64,000 nucleotides of DNA, from the NCBI GenBank assembly GCA_041650995.1, contig JBAZJZ010000001.1:227166-291165 (forward strand), written 5' to 3'. Positions within the stretch are counted from its first letter, which is position 1, and the number at the start of each line of letters is the position of its first letter. Origin of the DNA: Patescibacteria group bacterium. Its GTDB lineage: Bacteria; Patescibacteriota; Patescibacteriia; XYB2-FULL-38-15. The notes below the pieces were generated by a model, which was not told where the DNA came from, ran no database searches, and saw nothing but the letters and a program-made list of their open reading frames with translations. The position numbers and the translations under genes were made by a program. Shown one piece after another: positions 1 through 8,481 of the stretch.

Positions 1-56
1 TCCGCCACTTTTTCAATCTACCAAACCGTGGTATAATTTAGAAACAAGATTTGAGT

Positions 57-126
57 TGTGGATAACTCTAAAAAAGACCTTTATGCTTGTCGGGGCCTTG
101 ACAGAAAAAAAATACTTTGGTAAAAT
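57..126 (+). promoter_or_regulatory. DnaA box followed by sigma70 promoter
   Basis: TGTGGATAA (reverse complement of TTATCCACA) at 57-65; TTGACA 98-103, 17 bp, TAAAAT 121-126 with TG extension. Confidence 0.6.
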
Positions 127-209
127 TGTGCATACCGATATTTTGTGTTTTGAGTAAAACGAAACGGCCCCCATTTTAGTGAGGGCCGTTAAGTGTTTAG
201 CCGGCGGTG

Positions 210-242
210 GAATCAGCAGTTTGCTCTGCTGGTTCTTTTTTT
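210..242 (+). terminator. Intrinsic terminator
   Basis: GAATCAGCAG-loop-CTGCTGGTTC followed by T7. Confidence 0.55.
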
Positions 243-781
243 ACATAACGCTTTTTGGCGTCAACATAAAAACAGAACGCACGCTTGCCATGGTCTTTCG
301 CATAAATGCGAACGCCATTGCGAAGCGTTATCCACGGACGGCAAATCATTGCCATACTCGTGTTTGTTATCCGGCGCTTAAACATGACCGGTTTGCCGTA
401 CCCCGGATTTAATTTAAGATAGATAACAAAACCACCGGGCGCAGACGCCCCGCCGTTTCTGTTTTTCACATTTGCGGCGAGTGTTCATAGCACTCCACAA
501 ACCCGAAGGTCTGGCGGAGCGACCACGCTCGATGGTTTATCTCTTTTATGGCGATTGAGATAATCCTGCGCCTCGTCTATGAAACGAGAATAAATTGTTT
601 AACCAACTAATTTTAGATTAACACAACCCCTAAAAAAGCGCAAGGCCTATCAAGACCCTGGGAAGAAAATCGCTCTTAAAATCATAACCACTCCCGCGGC
701 AATTACAAACCATGCAAGAAGATCAAGAAAGCTGCGGCTGTCGCGCGTAAGTCGTGGCATATTCTTTAATTTTACCGCACC

Positions 782-1717
782 CTAAATTTTTATCAAGAGT
801 CCTTGCCGGAGATTTGATGAACCATAAATTTTATGGTACTCCCGCTCGATGTCTTTGTCTTCGGGATGAATGTAAATCTGGGTTGAGCGGATACTCGCAT
901 GGCCTAAGATTTTTTGTAAATATACCAAGTTAATATTATTCTTTGATCCCAGCGTGGCGAATCCGTGCCGGCAGGAGTGAGGAGTAATTTTTTTATCTAT
1001 GCCACATTTCGTGCGTAGCCGACGAAAGAGGCGCTGGACCGCGCAAGGGCTGATTCTGTTTCCATAATTATTGGCATCAAGCGCGATGAAAAGTGCTCCG
1101 GCTTCCACGTGCTCCCGCTCGAGCATTTTCTGCCGCACGTCGAGCCATCTATACAAAACATCGTTTGTCATCTCATCCCAGAAAATCTGACGTCTGTGAT
1201 TTTTTCTTTTGAACGTTTTGATCTCAGTCATTTTTTTATTAAGGTTTATGTCGTCAGCATTGATGCTTAAAAGTTCGCCAATCCGCACGCCGGTCGCAAA
1301 GAGTAAAGAGACGATTGTTTTGTCGCGCAGATCCCTGGGGAAAAACTCGTCGAAATAATTTATCATTCTTAAAAATTCATCGGGCGTTAAACATTCGTGA
1401 GATTTAACGTCGTATCTGTTCGGGATCGGGATCAGCCCTTCGGCATAGGGAACGAGGCCTTGCTGATGGAGCCAGTGCCAGAGGGAGCGCGTGGCCGTGA
1501 TGTAGTGATAGCGCGTGCCACTATGCAGCCCCCGGTTTTCAAGCCACAAAAGAAAATTGGCAAAATCAGAGACGGTCAATTTTAAAATTTCTTTTCTCGT
1601 CAGGTCGAGCCAAATCTCAAGCTGGCGCAGCGCCCAAAAATACGATGAGACGGTCGCTCCCGAATGGCCGGCGCGGAGCCACACTAAGAATTGACTGATG
1701 ATTTCTTTGTTGACCAT
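782..1717 (-). CDS. Tyrosine recombinase, XerC/XerD-like
   Basis: N-terminal SAM-like domain; catalytic motifs TGVRIGEL, HSCRH, LGH, TQIY. Confidence 0.93.
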   Translation of the reverse strand: MVNKEIISQFLVWLRAGHSGATVSSYFWALRQLEIWLDLTRKEILKLTVSDFANFLLWLENRGLHSGTRYHYITATRSLWHWLHQQGLVPYAEGLIPIPNRYDVKSHECLTPDEFLRMINYFDEFFPRDLRDKTIVSLLFATGVRIGELLSINADDINLNKKMTEIKTFKRKNHRRQIFWDEMTNDVLYRWLDVRQKMLEREHVEAGALFIALDANNYGNRISPCAVQRLFRRLRTKCGIDKKITPHSCRHGFATLGSKNNINLVYLQKILGHASIRSTQIYIHPEDKDIEREYHKIYGSSNLRQGLLIKI

Positions 1718-1810
1718 AGTTTTTGTTTTTGTTATTATTTAATTAAAGAACATTCAACTTTACAATAGGCAAGGAATTTGTCAAATAGTTTAGTTGATTT
1801 TTGGTTGATA

Positions 1811-1839
1811 TTGACTTTTAAAATTCAATTTATTATAAT
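1811..1839 (+). promoter_or_regulatory. Sigma70 promoter divergent from the recombinase
   Basis: TTGACT 1811-1816, 17 bp, TATAAT 1834-1839. Confidence 0.7.
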
Positions 1840-1847
1840 AAATTTAT

Positions 1848-1994
1848 ATGAGAAAAAGTGCTTTACACAAAGCGATTATTTTCCTTTATTTTTGCGAAGG
1901 ATACACGATCACGGAGATTCACCGCGAGTTGAAAAAAATATCAAAACAGGCCGTCCATAAAGTTGTTAAAAATCGGTTGACGGAATTAAAATAG
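1848..1994 (+). CDS. Small helix-turn-helix protein, 48 aa (not in ORF track)
   Basis: Hand translation MRKSALHKAIIFLYFCEGYTITEIHRELKKISKQAVHKVVKNRLTELK; sigma70 region 4-like HTH pattern; directly behind a near-consensus promoter. Confidence 0.65.
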   Translation: MRKSALHKAIIFLYFCEGYTITEIHRELKKISKQAVHKVVKNRLTELK

Positions 1995-1996
1995 AT

Positions 1997-2042
1997 TGTG
2001 GATAACTTGTGATTTGACAGATCTTTGATGTAGGTGTAAAGT
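1997..2042 (+). promoter_or_regulatory. DnaA box followed by sigma70 promoter
   Basis: TGTGGATAA 1997-2005; TTGACA 2014-2019, 17 bp, TAAAGT 2037-2042. Confidence 0.55.
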
Positions 2043-2167
2043 TGAAAAAGAAATTGACAATTGAAGTCCGGAAGTTAAAAAGAGTGTGTAGTGCACCGCA
2101 GTGGCAAAAGAGATAAAGAGCATTTTCATGTTATAATAAAAGGGACGTTAATTCGTCCTTTTTTCGT

Positions 2168-3274
2168 ATGAAATTATCTGAATTTGATTTTAATCTTCCG
2201 AAAAATTTAATCGCCCAAAAACCTGTTTCACCACGCGATGCCTGTCGGCTTATGGTTTTAGATCGTGAAAAAAAATCCATTAAACACGACTGTTTTTGTA
2301 ATCTCGGGAAATATTTTCAGCCGGGCGATCTCTTAGTTTTAAATAATTCAAAAGTTTTGCCAGCGAGGTTGATCGGGAAAAAGGAAACAGGCGGTAGAGT
2401 CGAGATTTTATTATTAAAAAATCTTAAAGCCACTCTGTGGCAATGTCTTGTGGGTTTTGTTCCGGTTACTAAGCAGATTGGGCTGAAAATAAAATTTAGT
2501 AAAAAATTATTTGGTGAAATTATAAAGCGGGCGGGGGACACTGCCGTGATTAAATTTAATTTAGGCGGTGCGAAATTAATGGAACAAATTTTAAAGATAG
2601 GCCAGCCGCCCACGCCGCCATACATAAAAGTTAAAAGTGAAAAGTCAAAAGTGAAAAGTTGTTATCAAACGGTATACGCCGAGAAAATGGGTTCTGCGGC
2701 AGCTCCGACGGCAGGTATGCATTTTACGAAGTCATTGATGAATAAACTGAAGAAGATGGGCGTAGAGATTCAGTATGTTACGCTCCACGTCGGGCTTGGT
2801 ACTTTTCAACCGGTAAAAGAGGAAGATATTACCAAGCACAAAATTCACAGCGAATATTTTGAATTGGATAAAAAAACCGCCGAGCGGTTAAACAATGCCA
2901 AGCGCGCCGGTCGGCGGATTATTGCTTGCGGGACAACTACAGCGCGGGTTTTGGAAAGCTGTTCTAAATTATTCCCTGAGTCCTTCGACGCGGCTCAGGA
3001 TAAACTCCGCGTAGCGGTGGAGTCGAGGGGCGGCCTTCGACAGGCTCAGACCATAATAAAACCGCAAACCGGTGAGACAAATATTTTTATTTACCCCGGA
3101 TATAAATTTAAATTTGTTGACGCCTTGATAACTAACTTTCACGTGCCCAAATCAACTTTGATAATGCTCGTTGCGGCTTTCGCCGGGAAAAAGTTTGTTG
3201 ACCGCGCATATAAAATTGCTATAAAGAAAAAATACAGATTTTACTCCTTCGGCGATGCAATGCTGATTTTGTAA
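2168..3274 (+). CDS. queA: S-adenosylmethionine:tRNA ribosyltransferase-isomerase
   Basis: FDFNLP..LIAQ.P start, GSAAAPTAGMHF, TLHVGLGTF, TNFH, YRFYSFGDAMLI. Confidence 0.97.
   Translation: MKLSEFDFNLPKNLIAQKPVSPRDACRLMVLDREKKSIKHDCFCNLGKYFQPGDLLVLNNSKVLPARLIGKKETGGRVEILLLKNLKATLWQCLVGFVPVTKQIGLKIKFSKKLFGEIIKRAGDTAVIKFNLGGAKLMEQILKIGQPPTPPYIKVKSEKSKVKSCYQTVYAEKMGSAAAPTAGMHFTKSLMNKLKKMGVEIQYVTLHVGLGTFQPVKEEDITKHKIHSEYFELDKKTAERLNNAKRAGRRIIACGTTTARVLESCSKLFPESFDAAQDKLRVAVESRGGLRQAQTIIKPQTGETNIFIYPGYKFKFVDALITNFHVPKSTLIMLVAAFAGKKFVDRAYKIAIKKKYRFYSFGDAMLIL
2626..2660 (+). repeat. Five tandem heptamers AAAAGTN inside queA
   Basis: aaaagtt aaaagtg aaaagtc aaaagtg aaaagtt. Confidence 0.8.
2974..3052. 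repeat. REP-like palindromic element inserted in frame in queA
   Basis: CCTGAG..CCTTCGACGCGGCTCAGG..CTCCGC-GTA-GCGGTGGAG..CCTTCGACAGGCTCAG; GC-rich with nested hairpins. Confidence 0.7.
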
Positions 3275-3325
3275 ATTGACTAAAAAATAAAAATAGGTTT
3301 AAATGTAAGCAGAAGGAGGGCGCTG

Positions 3326-3529
3326 ATGGTCGAAAAAAACGAAGAATGTCCACGGGGCGAGAAGCAGCAACTGGTCGCGGAAAATATGCCCGAAGGATGG
3401 CGGTCCAGCACCAGGAAGGTGATGGTGGTCGTGGTTCCACTGAAACCGTCGCCGTTTGTCGTGCCCGAAGAAAGCTACGACTTCTCGCTCCCGCTTTTCG
3501 GAGGAACGATTCCGCACCGCGGGAGCTGA
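3326..3529 (+). CDS. Orphan small protein, GC-rich unit 1
   Basis: SD AGAAGGAGGG 3311-3320, TTGACT 3276 upstream (weak -10), terminator 3551-3584. Confidence 0.6.
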   Translation: MVEKNEECPRGEKQQLVAENMPEGWRSSTRKVMVVVVPLKPSPFVVPEESYDFSLPLFGGTIPHRGS

Positions 3530-3550
3530 CAGTTTTTTTGTGCCATCACT

Positions 3551-3584
3551 GGCGCTGAGATGGAATTTGTCTCGCGCCTTTTTT
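3551..3584 (+). terminator. Intrinsic terminator, unit 1
   Basis: GGCGCTGAGA-loop-TCTCGCGCC then T6. Confidence 0.7.
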
Positions 3585-3681
3585 ATAAAATTAACCTTGA
3601 CAAATTATTTTTTTCTGTTAATCTAAAATTAGAACCTTAGGACAAAATTTCCCCATCAACAAAAAGAAGGGAGAGATTTTC

Positions 3682-4002
3682 ATGCGCCAGGAAACGACAG
3701 GAGCTCATTGTCTGGAGACTCGTTCCGATAACGGAGGTTCAAGGAAGAGAAGGGAGCTCATGGAAAAACGCCGCGTCTTACGCTTGCTGACCATCCCGGA
3801 AATCAAGCGAAAGCTTTTGCTGCGTAAGGCGTATAGGAGTCTTTCACGCTGGCAGCGCTTCATGCACGACATGGGTTTGGCCGAATTCCTTCTTAAAGAT
3901 GGAGAGATTCACCCAGAGTATCGCATAAACTGGGTTAGTGTCGTTGTTTGGGTTTTTACGCTTTGTCTTGCTGCGTTTTACATCTTCAGGATGCTTTTGT
4001 AG
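3682..4002 (+). CDS. Orphan protein with C-terminal TM helix, GC-rich unit 2 (alternative start 3760)
   Basis: TTGACA 3597 and TGtTAATCT promoter; SD GAAGGGAG; second SD-ATG at 3760; hydrophobic C-terminus. Confidence 0.65.
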   Translation: MRQETTGAHCLETRSDNGGSRKRRELMEKRRVLRLLTIPEIKRKLLLRKAYRSLSRWQRFMHDMGLAEFLLKDGEIHPEYRINWVSVVVWVFTLCLAAFYIFRMLL

Positions 4003-4039
4003 CAAGGCGGAGAGGCCTAACCAACTCGAAGACACAACT

Positions 4040-4101
4040 ACCGACGCGGCTATTTTTGCGTCGGTTTTTTTATTGATTTTTTTCATCCATCGTGGTAAAG
4101 T
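4040..4101 (+). terminator. Terminator fused to the next promoter
   Basis: ACCGACGC-N10-GCGTCGGT with T7, then TTGATT 4073, 17 bp, TAAAGT 4096. Confidence 0.8.
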
Positions 4102-4128
4102 AGGTTGATTTCCTAAAGGAGGAAGGGA

Positions 4129-5004
4129 ATGCGAAAACAGGAACCGCCTCTCGGCGATACGAGTGAATGTGCTCGCCTGACTAAGGCAGAACTCGTCAAT
4201 TTGGGTGTTGTACTTTCCGCCTTGCGCTCTTTTCGGGGTGACCGGCGGCAGCATATCGCCTATGTTACCATGCCAATCACCGGCGGCCGGCGCCTGTACG
4301 ACACTTTGAAAAAGCACGGCGCAAAAAGTGCTACTGAACTTGCGGTCAAGATCGGGGACGAGGCGTTTTACGGACTTGTGGTAAGGCCCAACATTGAAGA
4401 CGGGGTTGCTCTAGCTGATCGCCTCGGCAGCAGCAAGTCTCTGCTCTTTATCGCGCCTTCGGTTTTCGAAGCCAGGTGTTGGCAATGGTCGCAGGATGCC
4501 TACATGTCACTCTGGTATCGCGTTCTGGGCGAAATGGCTGGAGCGCACTACCTCGCGGATGGCTGGGAATACTGCGTCGGCGGCGTGAAAGAAGTAATGT
4601 TTTCTATGGCCATGCAGTGGCGTATCTTCAGGCGTTACAATATCCATGAGATGGCGAGAGCCTGGGGCCTGCAGAATTTCCTTCCCGGCATGAGCGCCAA
4701 AGAGGAAATGGCCGGGTTGGAGCGTATGTGGAGTATCCGCCTTTACGACGAGCGGGGCAAGGAACTTCGCATCGATCAAATTTTGGTAATGGTCGTTCGC
4801 GCAATCAAGGAGCTATCAAGAAACGGCTTGCCATACGAGGATCTGCTTGATCCCGCCTGGAACTTGAAAGCGATGCCAATCTTGTCGCCGATGCTTGGGG
4901 GCGGTTACGGAACTGTGCCGGCTATAACGAGTGTTTACCAAGAGGCGAGAGAAGAATTAGAAGTACTCCTTACCGCTCACAATCGTGGAGGGAAAAAGCG
5001 GTAA
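4129..5004 (+). CDS. DUF4406 / nucleoside-deoxyribosyltransferase-like fold protein, GC-rich unit 3
   Basis: AYVTMPITGG...YLADGWEYCVGGVKE resembles the YxxGPxTG...LxGWExSxGAxxE motif; SD AAAGGAGG 4115-4122. Confidence 0.55.
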   Translation: MRKQEPPLGDTSECARLTKAELVNLGVVLSALRSFRGDRRQHIAYVTMPITGGRRLYDTLKKHGAKSATELAVKIGDEAFYGLVVRPNIEDGVALADRLGSSKSLLFIAPSVFEARCWQWSQDAYMSLWYRVLGEMAGAHYLADGWEYCVGGVKEVMFSMAMQWRIFRRYNIHEMARAWGLQNFLPGMSAKEEMAGLERMWSIRLYDERGKELRIDQILVMVVRAIKELSRNGLPYEDLLDPAWNLKAMPILSPMLGGGYGTVPAITSVYQEAREELEVLLTAHNRGGKKR

Positions 5005-5017
5005 TAGCGGAGGAGTT

Positions 5018-5077
5018 GCGACGCGGATAACGGTTCGCGTCGTTTTTATTGATTTTTTCTCTAAATCGCGGTAAAAT
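5018..5077 (+). terminator. Terminator fused to the flippase promoter
   Basis: GCGACGCG-N10-CGCGTCGT with T5, then TTGATT 5049, 17 bp, TAAAAT 5072. Confidence 0.8.
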
Positions 5078-5083
5078 TGGATA

Positions 5084-6571
5084 ATGCTTATGCCTCAAGA
5101 ATCAGAAAAAATCGCGAGAAATACTATCTATTTAACTATTGCCACGGTCGGACAAAAAGTCCTGGCTTTTTTGTATTTTATTTTAATTGCCCGCTTAGCC
5201 GGAGTTGAGGGCACGGGAAAATATTTTTTTGTTGTTTCTTTTACTACGATTTTTTCTATTTTTGTTGATCTTGGCCTTTCCTCAGTTTTGATTCGCGAGA
5301 CGGCGAAGAAGAGAGAAATGGCGGGAAAATATTTGGGAAATATTTTGGGAGCAAAAGTTGTTTTAGGTGTGCTCGCATATCTCGCGGTTGTTTTTGTGAT
5401 TAATATCATAGATTATCCGGCGGCGACCAAATTGATGGTTTATCTTTCCGGGATTGTGATGCTTTTGGATTCTTTCAACGTAACTTTTTACGCAGTTTTC
5501 CGTGGCCATCAAAATTTGCGATATGAATCAGTTGGCGTGGTTGTGAGTGAAATTTTGATAATCATCTTTGGCGGCGTAAGTTTAATTCTTCACGCGCCGT
5601 TATATTTTTTACTGCTTGCCCTAATGTCGGGCAGTCTTTTTAATTTTTTCTTTTCTTCAATTTTACTTTGGAAAAAAACCGACATCCGGCCGCGTTTGAT
5701 GATGGACAAAAGTATTTTAATATCACTTTTTAAAATTGCTTATCCTTTTGCGCTCGCGGGAATTTTTGTAAAAGTTTATTCTTATCTTGATTCAGTTTTG
5801 CTTTCAAAAATGGTGGGGGACATCGCGGTCGGGTTTTGGAGTGTGGCTTATAAACTTACTTACGCCTTTCAGTTTATTCCCATGGCTTTTGCCGCGGCCG
5901 TATTTCCAGCGATGAGCGCATATTATGTTTCTGATAAAACTATGCTCCGGAAAACTTTTGAGCGCGTACTTTTTTATCTAGCAATTTTGGCTCTGCCAAT
6001 TGCTTTTGGTATTTTTTCTTTGGCCGAACCTTTAGTTTTAAAAATTTACGGTGCTTCCTATATTCCGTCGATTTTACCGCTGCAGGTTGCTATTTTTGCC
6101 GTGGTTTTTATATTTTTAAATTATCCGGTCAGCTCGCTTTTAAATGCCACAGATCGCCAGATGGCCAATACTACCATTTTGGGCATTTCCATGTTCGTAA
6201 ATGTCGTTTTAAACGTAATTTTGATACCGAGGTTCTCGTATCTCGGAGCGGCAATTTCCACGGTGATATCCCATACATTACTTTTTATTCTGGGATTAAT
6301 TTTTGTCGGACGAGTGGTGGATTACAATAAAAAATTCATTTTTGGCGCTCTTTTTAAAATTGTTATTTCCGCCGGAGCGATGAGCGCGGTTATAATTTAT
6401 TTGCGGCCGTATGTTTATTGGATATTTTTAGTTCCGGTCGGGGCGGCGATTTATTTTTGCTTATTATTTTTGCTTCGCGGGATGGAGTGGCGCGATGTAA
6501 AAAATATTTTTAAAGCCTTGAAAAAGGAAGAGGCCATGGATATGATTGATGGGAGAAGCGAGAAAATATGA
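5084..6571 (+). CDS. Polysaccharide flippase (Wzx/MOP family)
   Basis: About 14 TM segments; IARNTIYL start; G.Y motif; DSVLLSKM.G..AVG.WS.AYK. Confidence 0.88.
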   Translation: MLMPQESEKIARNTIYLTIATVGQKVLAFLYFILIARLAGVEGTGKYFFVVSFTTIFSIFVDLGLSSVLIRETAKKREMAGKYLGNILGAKVVLGVLAYLAVVFVINIIDYPAATKLMVYLSGIVMLLDSFNVTFYAVFRGHQNLRYESVGVVVSEILIIIFGGVSLILHAPLYFLLLALMSGSLFNFFFSSILLWKKTDIRPRLMMDKSILISLFKIAYPFALAGIFVKVYSYLDSVLLSKMVGDIAVGFWSVAYKLTYAFQFIPMAFAAAVFPAMSAYYVSDKTMLRKTFERVLFYLAILALPIAFGIFSLAEPLVLKIYGASYIPSILPLQVAIFAVVFIFLNYPVSSLLNATDRQMANTTILGISMFVNVVLNVILIPRFSYLGAAISTVISHTLLFILGLIFVGRVVDYNKKFIFGALFKIVISAGAMSAVIIYLRPYVYWIFLVPVGAAIYFCLLFLLRGMEWRDVKNIFKALKKEEAMDMIDGRSEKI

Positions 6572-7692
6572 AAAAATTATTAATCGCAACAATTGAATTT
6601 CCGCCGCAAAGGGGCGGGATCGCGAATTATTTGGCTGGGGTGGCCGGAGCGTTGCCGGCTGATAAGGTCGCGGTTTTAGCGCCGCGACAGAAGGGCGAAG
6701 AAAATTTTGATAATCATGAGCCGTATAAAATTTACCGCAAAAAATTATTTGTGAATTTTTTATGGCCAAAATGGCTGCCGCTCGTTTGGCATTTATGGCG
6801 CGTGGCGCGGCGGGAAAAAATAGAAGTAATTTTAGTCAGCCAAGTTTTACCGGTTGGAACGGTCGCGATGATTGTGAAGAAAATTTTTAAGATTCCGTAT
6901 TTTATTTCCTGTCATGGCATGGATATTTTGACAGCCGCCGGAAATCCGCGGAAGAAAAAGTTGATGAACAAAATTTTAGAACAGGCGAGTGGTGTCGTAG
7001 CAAATAGTGAATTCACAAAAAAAGAGTTAGTAAAACTAGCCGTGCCGGAAAATAAAATCATTATTATTTATCCTTGTCCGGGGAGGATGTCCGGTATTGC
7101 ACCGGAAAGAATTTCTGAAATAAAAAATCGGCTGGGGTTGGCCGATAAAAAAATAATTCTCACGGTTGGGCGGCTCGTGGCGCGCAAAGGGCAAAATAAG
7201 GTAATTGAGGCGATGACAGAGATTTTAAAACATGTGCCAAACGCTATTTATGTAATTGTCGGTGATGGGCTGGAAAGCGAAAAACTAAAAATTCAGAGTG
7301 AAAAATTAAAATTAGAAAATAATATTTTATTTACCGGAGAGATTTCCGAAGAAAAAAAATTGGCCTTTTATCAATTGTGCGATGTGTTTATAATGACGCC
7401 GCGGCAGATTGGGGCGGATGTAGAAGGTTTTGGCACAGTGTATCTTGAAGCAAACCAATTTGGTAAACCGGTCGTAGCCGGAGGAAGCGGCGGCGTGGGT
7501 GAGGCGGTGGCGGACGGTGTGACGGGATTAGTTGTGGATCCGGAAAATATAACTCAAATTGCCGAAGCAGTGATTAAAATATTAACTGATGAAAATTTAG
7601 CAAAAAAAATGGGTGAAGAGGGGAGAGAAAGAGTGGAAAAAGAATTTGAGTGGGAAATTCAGACGGAAAAGTTGAAAAAATTTTTAGATTGA
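6568..7692 (+). CDS. Glycosyltransferase family 4
   Basis: FPPQRGGI, TVGRLVARKG, EGFGTVYLEA. Confidence 0.93.
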   Translation: MKKLLIATIEFPPQRGGIANYLAGVAGALPADKVAVLAPRQKGEENFDNHEPYKIYRKKLFVNFLWPKWLPLVWHLWRVARREKIEVILVSQVLPVGTVAMIVKKIFKIPYFISCHGMDILTAAGNPRKKKLMNKILEQASGVVANSEFTKKELVKLAVPENKIIIIYPCPGRMSGIAPERISEIKNRLGLADKKIILTVGRLVARKGQNKVIEAMTEILKHVPNAIYVIVGDGLESEKLKIQSEKLKLENNILFTGEISEEKKLAFYQLCDVFIMTPRQIGADVEGFGTVYLEANQFGKPVVAGGSGGVGEAVADGVTGLVVDPENITQIAEAVIKILTDENLAKKMGEEGRERVEKEFEWEIQTEKLKKFLD

Positions 7693-7740
7693 CATATTAA
7701 AATATAAGTGATAATGTGCTCACAGAAAGGAGGGCAAGCA

Positions 7741-8022
7741 ATGTCTTGTCATCACGAGGATTTAGGTCTCGAGGAACTGGAGCAGGTGGAACGAGCGGCG
7801 GTGGCGGCTGGGCTGACGGCTGAGCGGGCTGCGGCGGTCACCAGGGATATCAGGCCAGCGCGGGAATTGGCCAAAGAGACCATTGTTCGGTTGGAGCCGC
7901 GGCACATCAGCGGTTTCCAGACGCTCATCGCGATTTTGGAAACGGCTTTGCAAGAAGCGCGTGCCAAGCAGTGGATCAACGAGCCTCGCGACGAGCCGCA
8001 AGCATCTCGGACAGAATCGTGA
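7741..8022 (+). CDS. Orphan helical protein, GC-rich unit 4 (start revised to ATG 7741)
   Basis: TTGACA 7689 overlapping the upstream stop, 17 bp, TAATGT; SD AGAAAGGAGGG; terminator ACTGGCG..CGCCAGT 8050-8079. Confidence 0.7.
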   Translation: MSCHHEDLGLEELEQVERAAVAAGLTAERAAAVTRDIRPARELAKETIVRLEPRHISGFQTLIAILETALQEARAKQWINEPRDEPQASRTES

Positions 8023-8133
8023 GTCGTGTCTATCCGACTACGCATGGTCACTGGCGAACCTTTGGGAACGCCAGTTTTTATACAAAAAAATCTCTTCATT
8101 ACGGAGAGTTTTTACGTTTGCGCCAATTTACAT

Positions 8134-8475
8134 TTACAAATATCTTACAAATTTATTTTTTCTATCCACTAAAATATTTTTTTGCTTTATTGGTTTGCCA
8201 GTTAATTCAAAACCCATGATGATTATTTCCTCCCCAGTTTTGATGAGATGAGCCGCCGCGCCATTCATGCAAATTACGCCGGAATCGCGTTCGCCGGCAA
8301 TGATATAAGTTTCAAGCCGCGCTCCGGAAGTATTACTGACAACCAAAACTTTTTCGCCTGGCCAAAAGCCGGCTTTTTTAATTAAAATATTATCAATAGT
8401 AATACTTCCGATATAATTTAAATTCGCTTCAGTCACAATCGCTTTATGAATTTTTGAACGTAAAACCCACCGCAT
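8134..8475 (-). CDS. panD: Aspartate 1-decarboxylase
   Basis: [22 protein letters not shown] (G/S self-cleavage site), GARLETY, NGAAA. Confidence 0.95.
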   Translation of the reverse strand: MRWVLRSKIHKAIVTEANLNYIGSITIDNILIKKAGFWPGEKVLVVSNTSGARLETYIIAGERDSGVICMNGAAAHLIKTGEEIIIMGFELTGKPIKQKNILVDRKNKFVRYL

Positions 8476-8481
8476 ATTTAT

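Noticed and set aside
238-265. Second dif-like site (TTTTTACATAA CGCTTT TTGGCGTCAAC)
   Set aside because: Only one arm resembles a XerD arm, and it overlaps a terminator T-tract; too weak.
179-469. Short overlapping ORFs upstream of the recombinase
   Set aside because: No recognisable motifs, mutually overlapping, and the plus-strand ones cross a terminator.
57-2005. Chromosomal oriC
   Set aside because: Only isolated DnaA boxes, no cluster and no dnaA/dnaN nearby; similar single boxes also occur at 23863 and 60572.
782-5080. Classical integron (recombinase plus cassette array)
   Set aside because: No IntI-specific insertion apparent in the recombinase, no GTTRRRY/RYYYAAC attC ends seen, queA intervenes, and units carry their own promoters and are dispersed.
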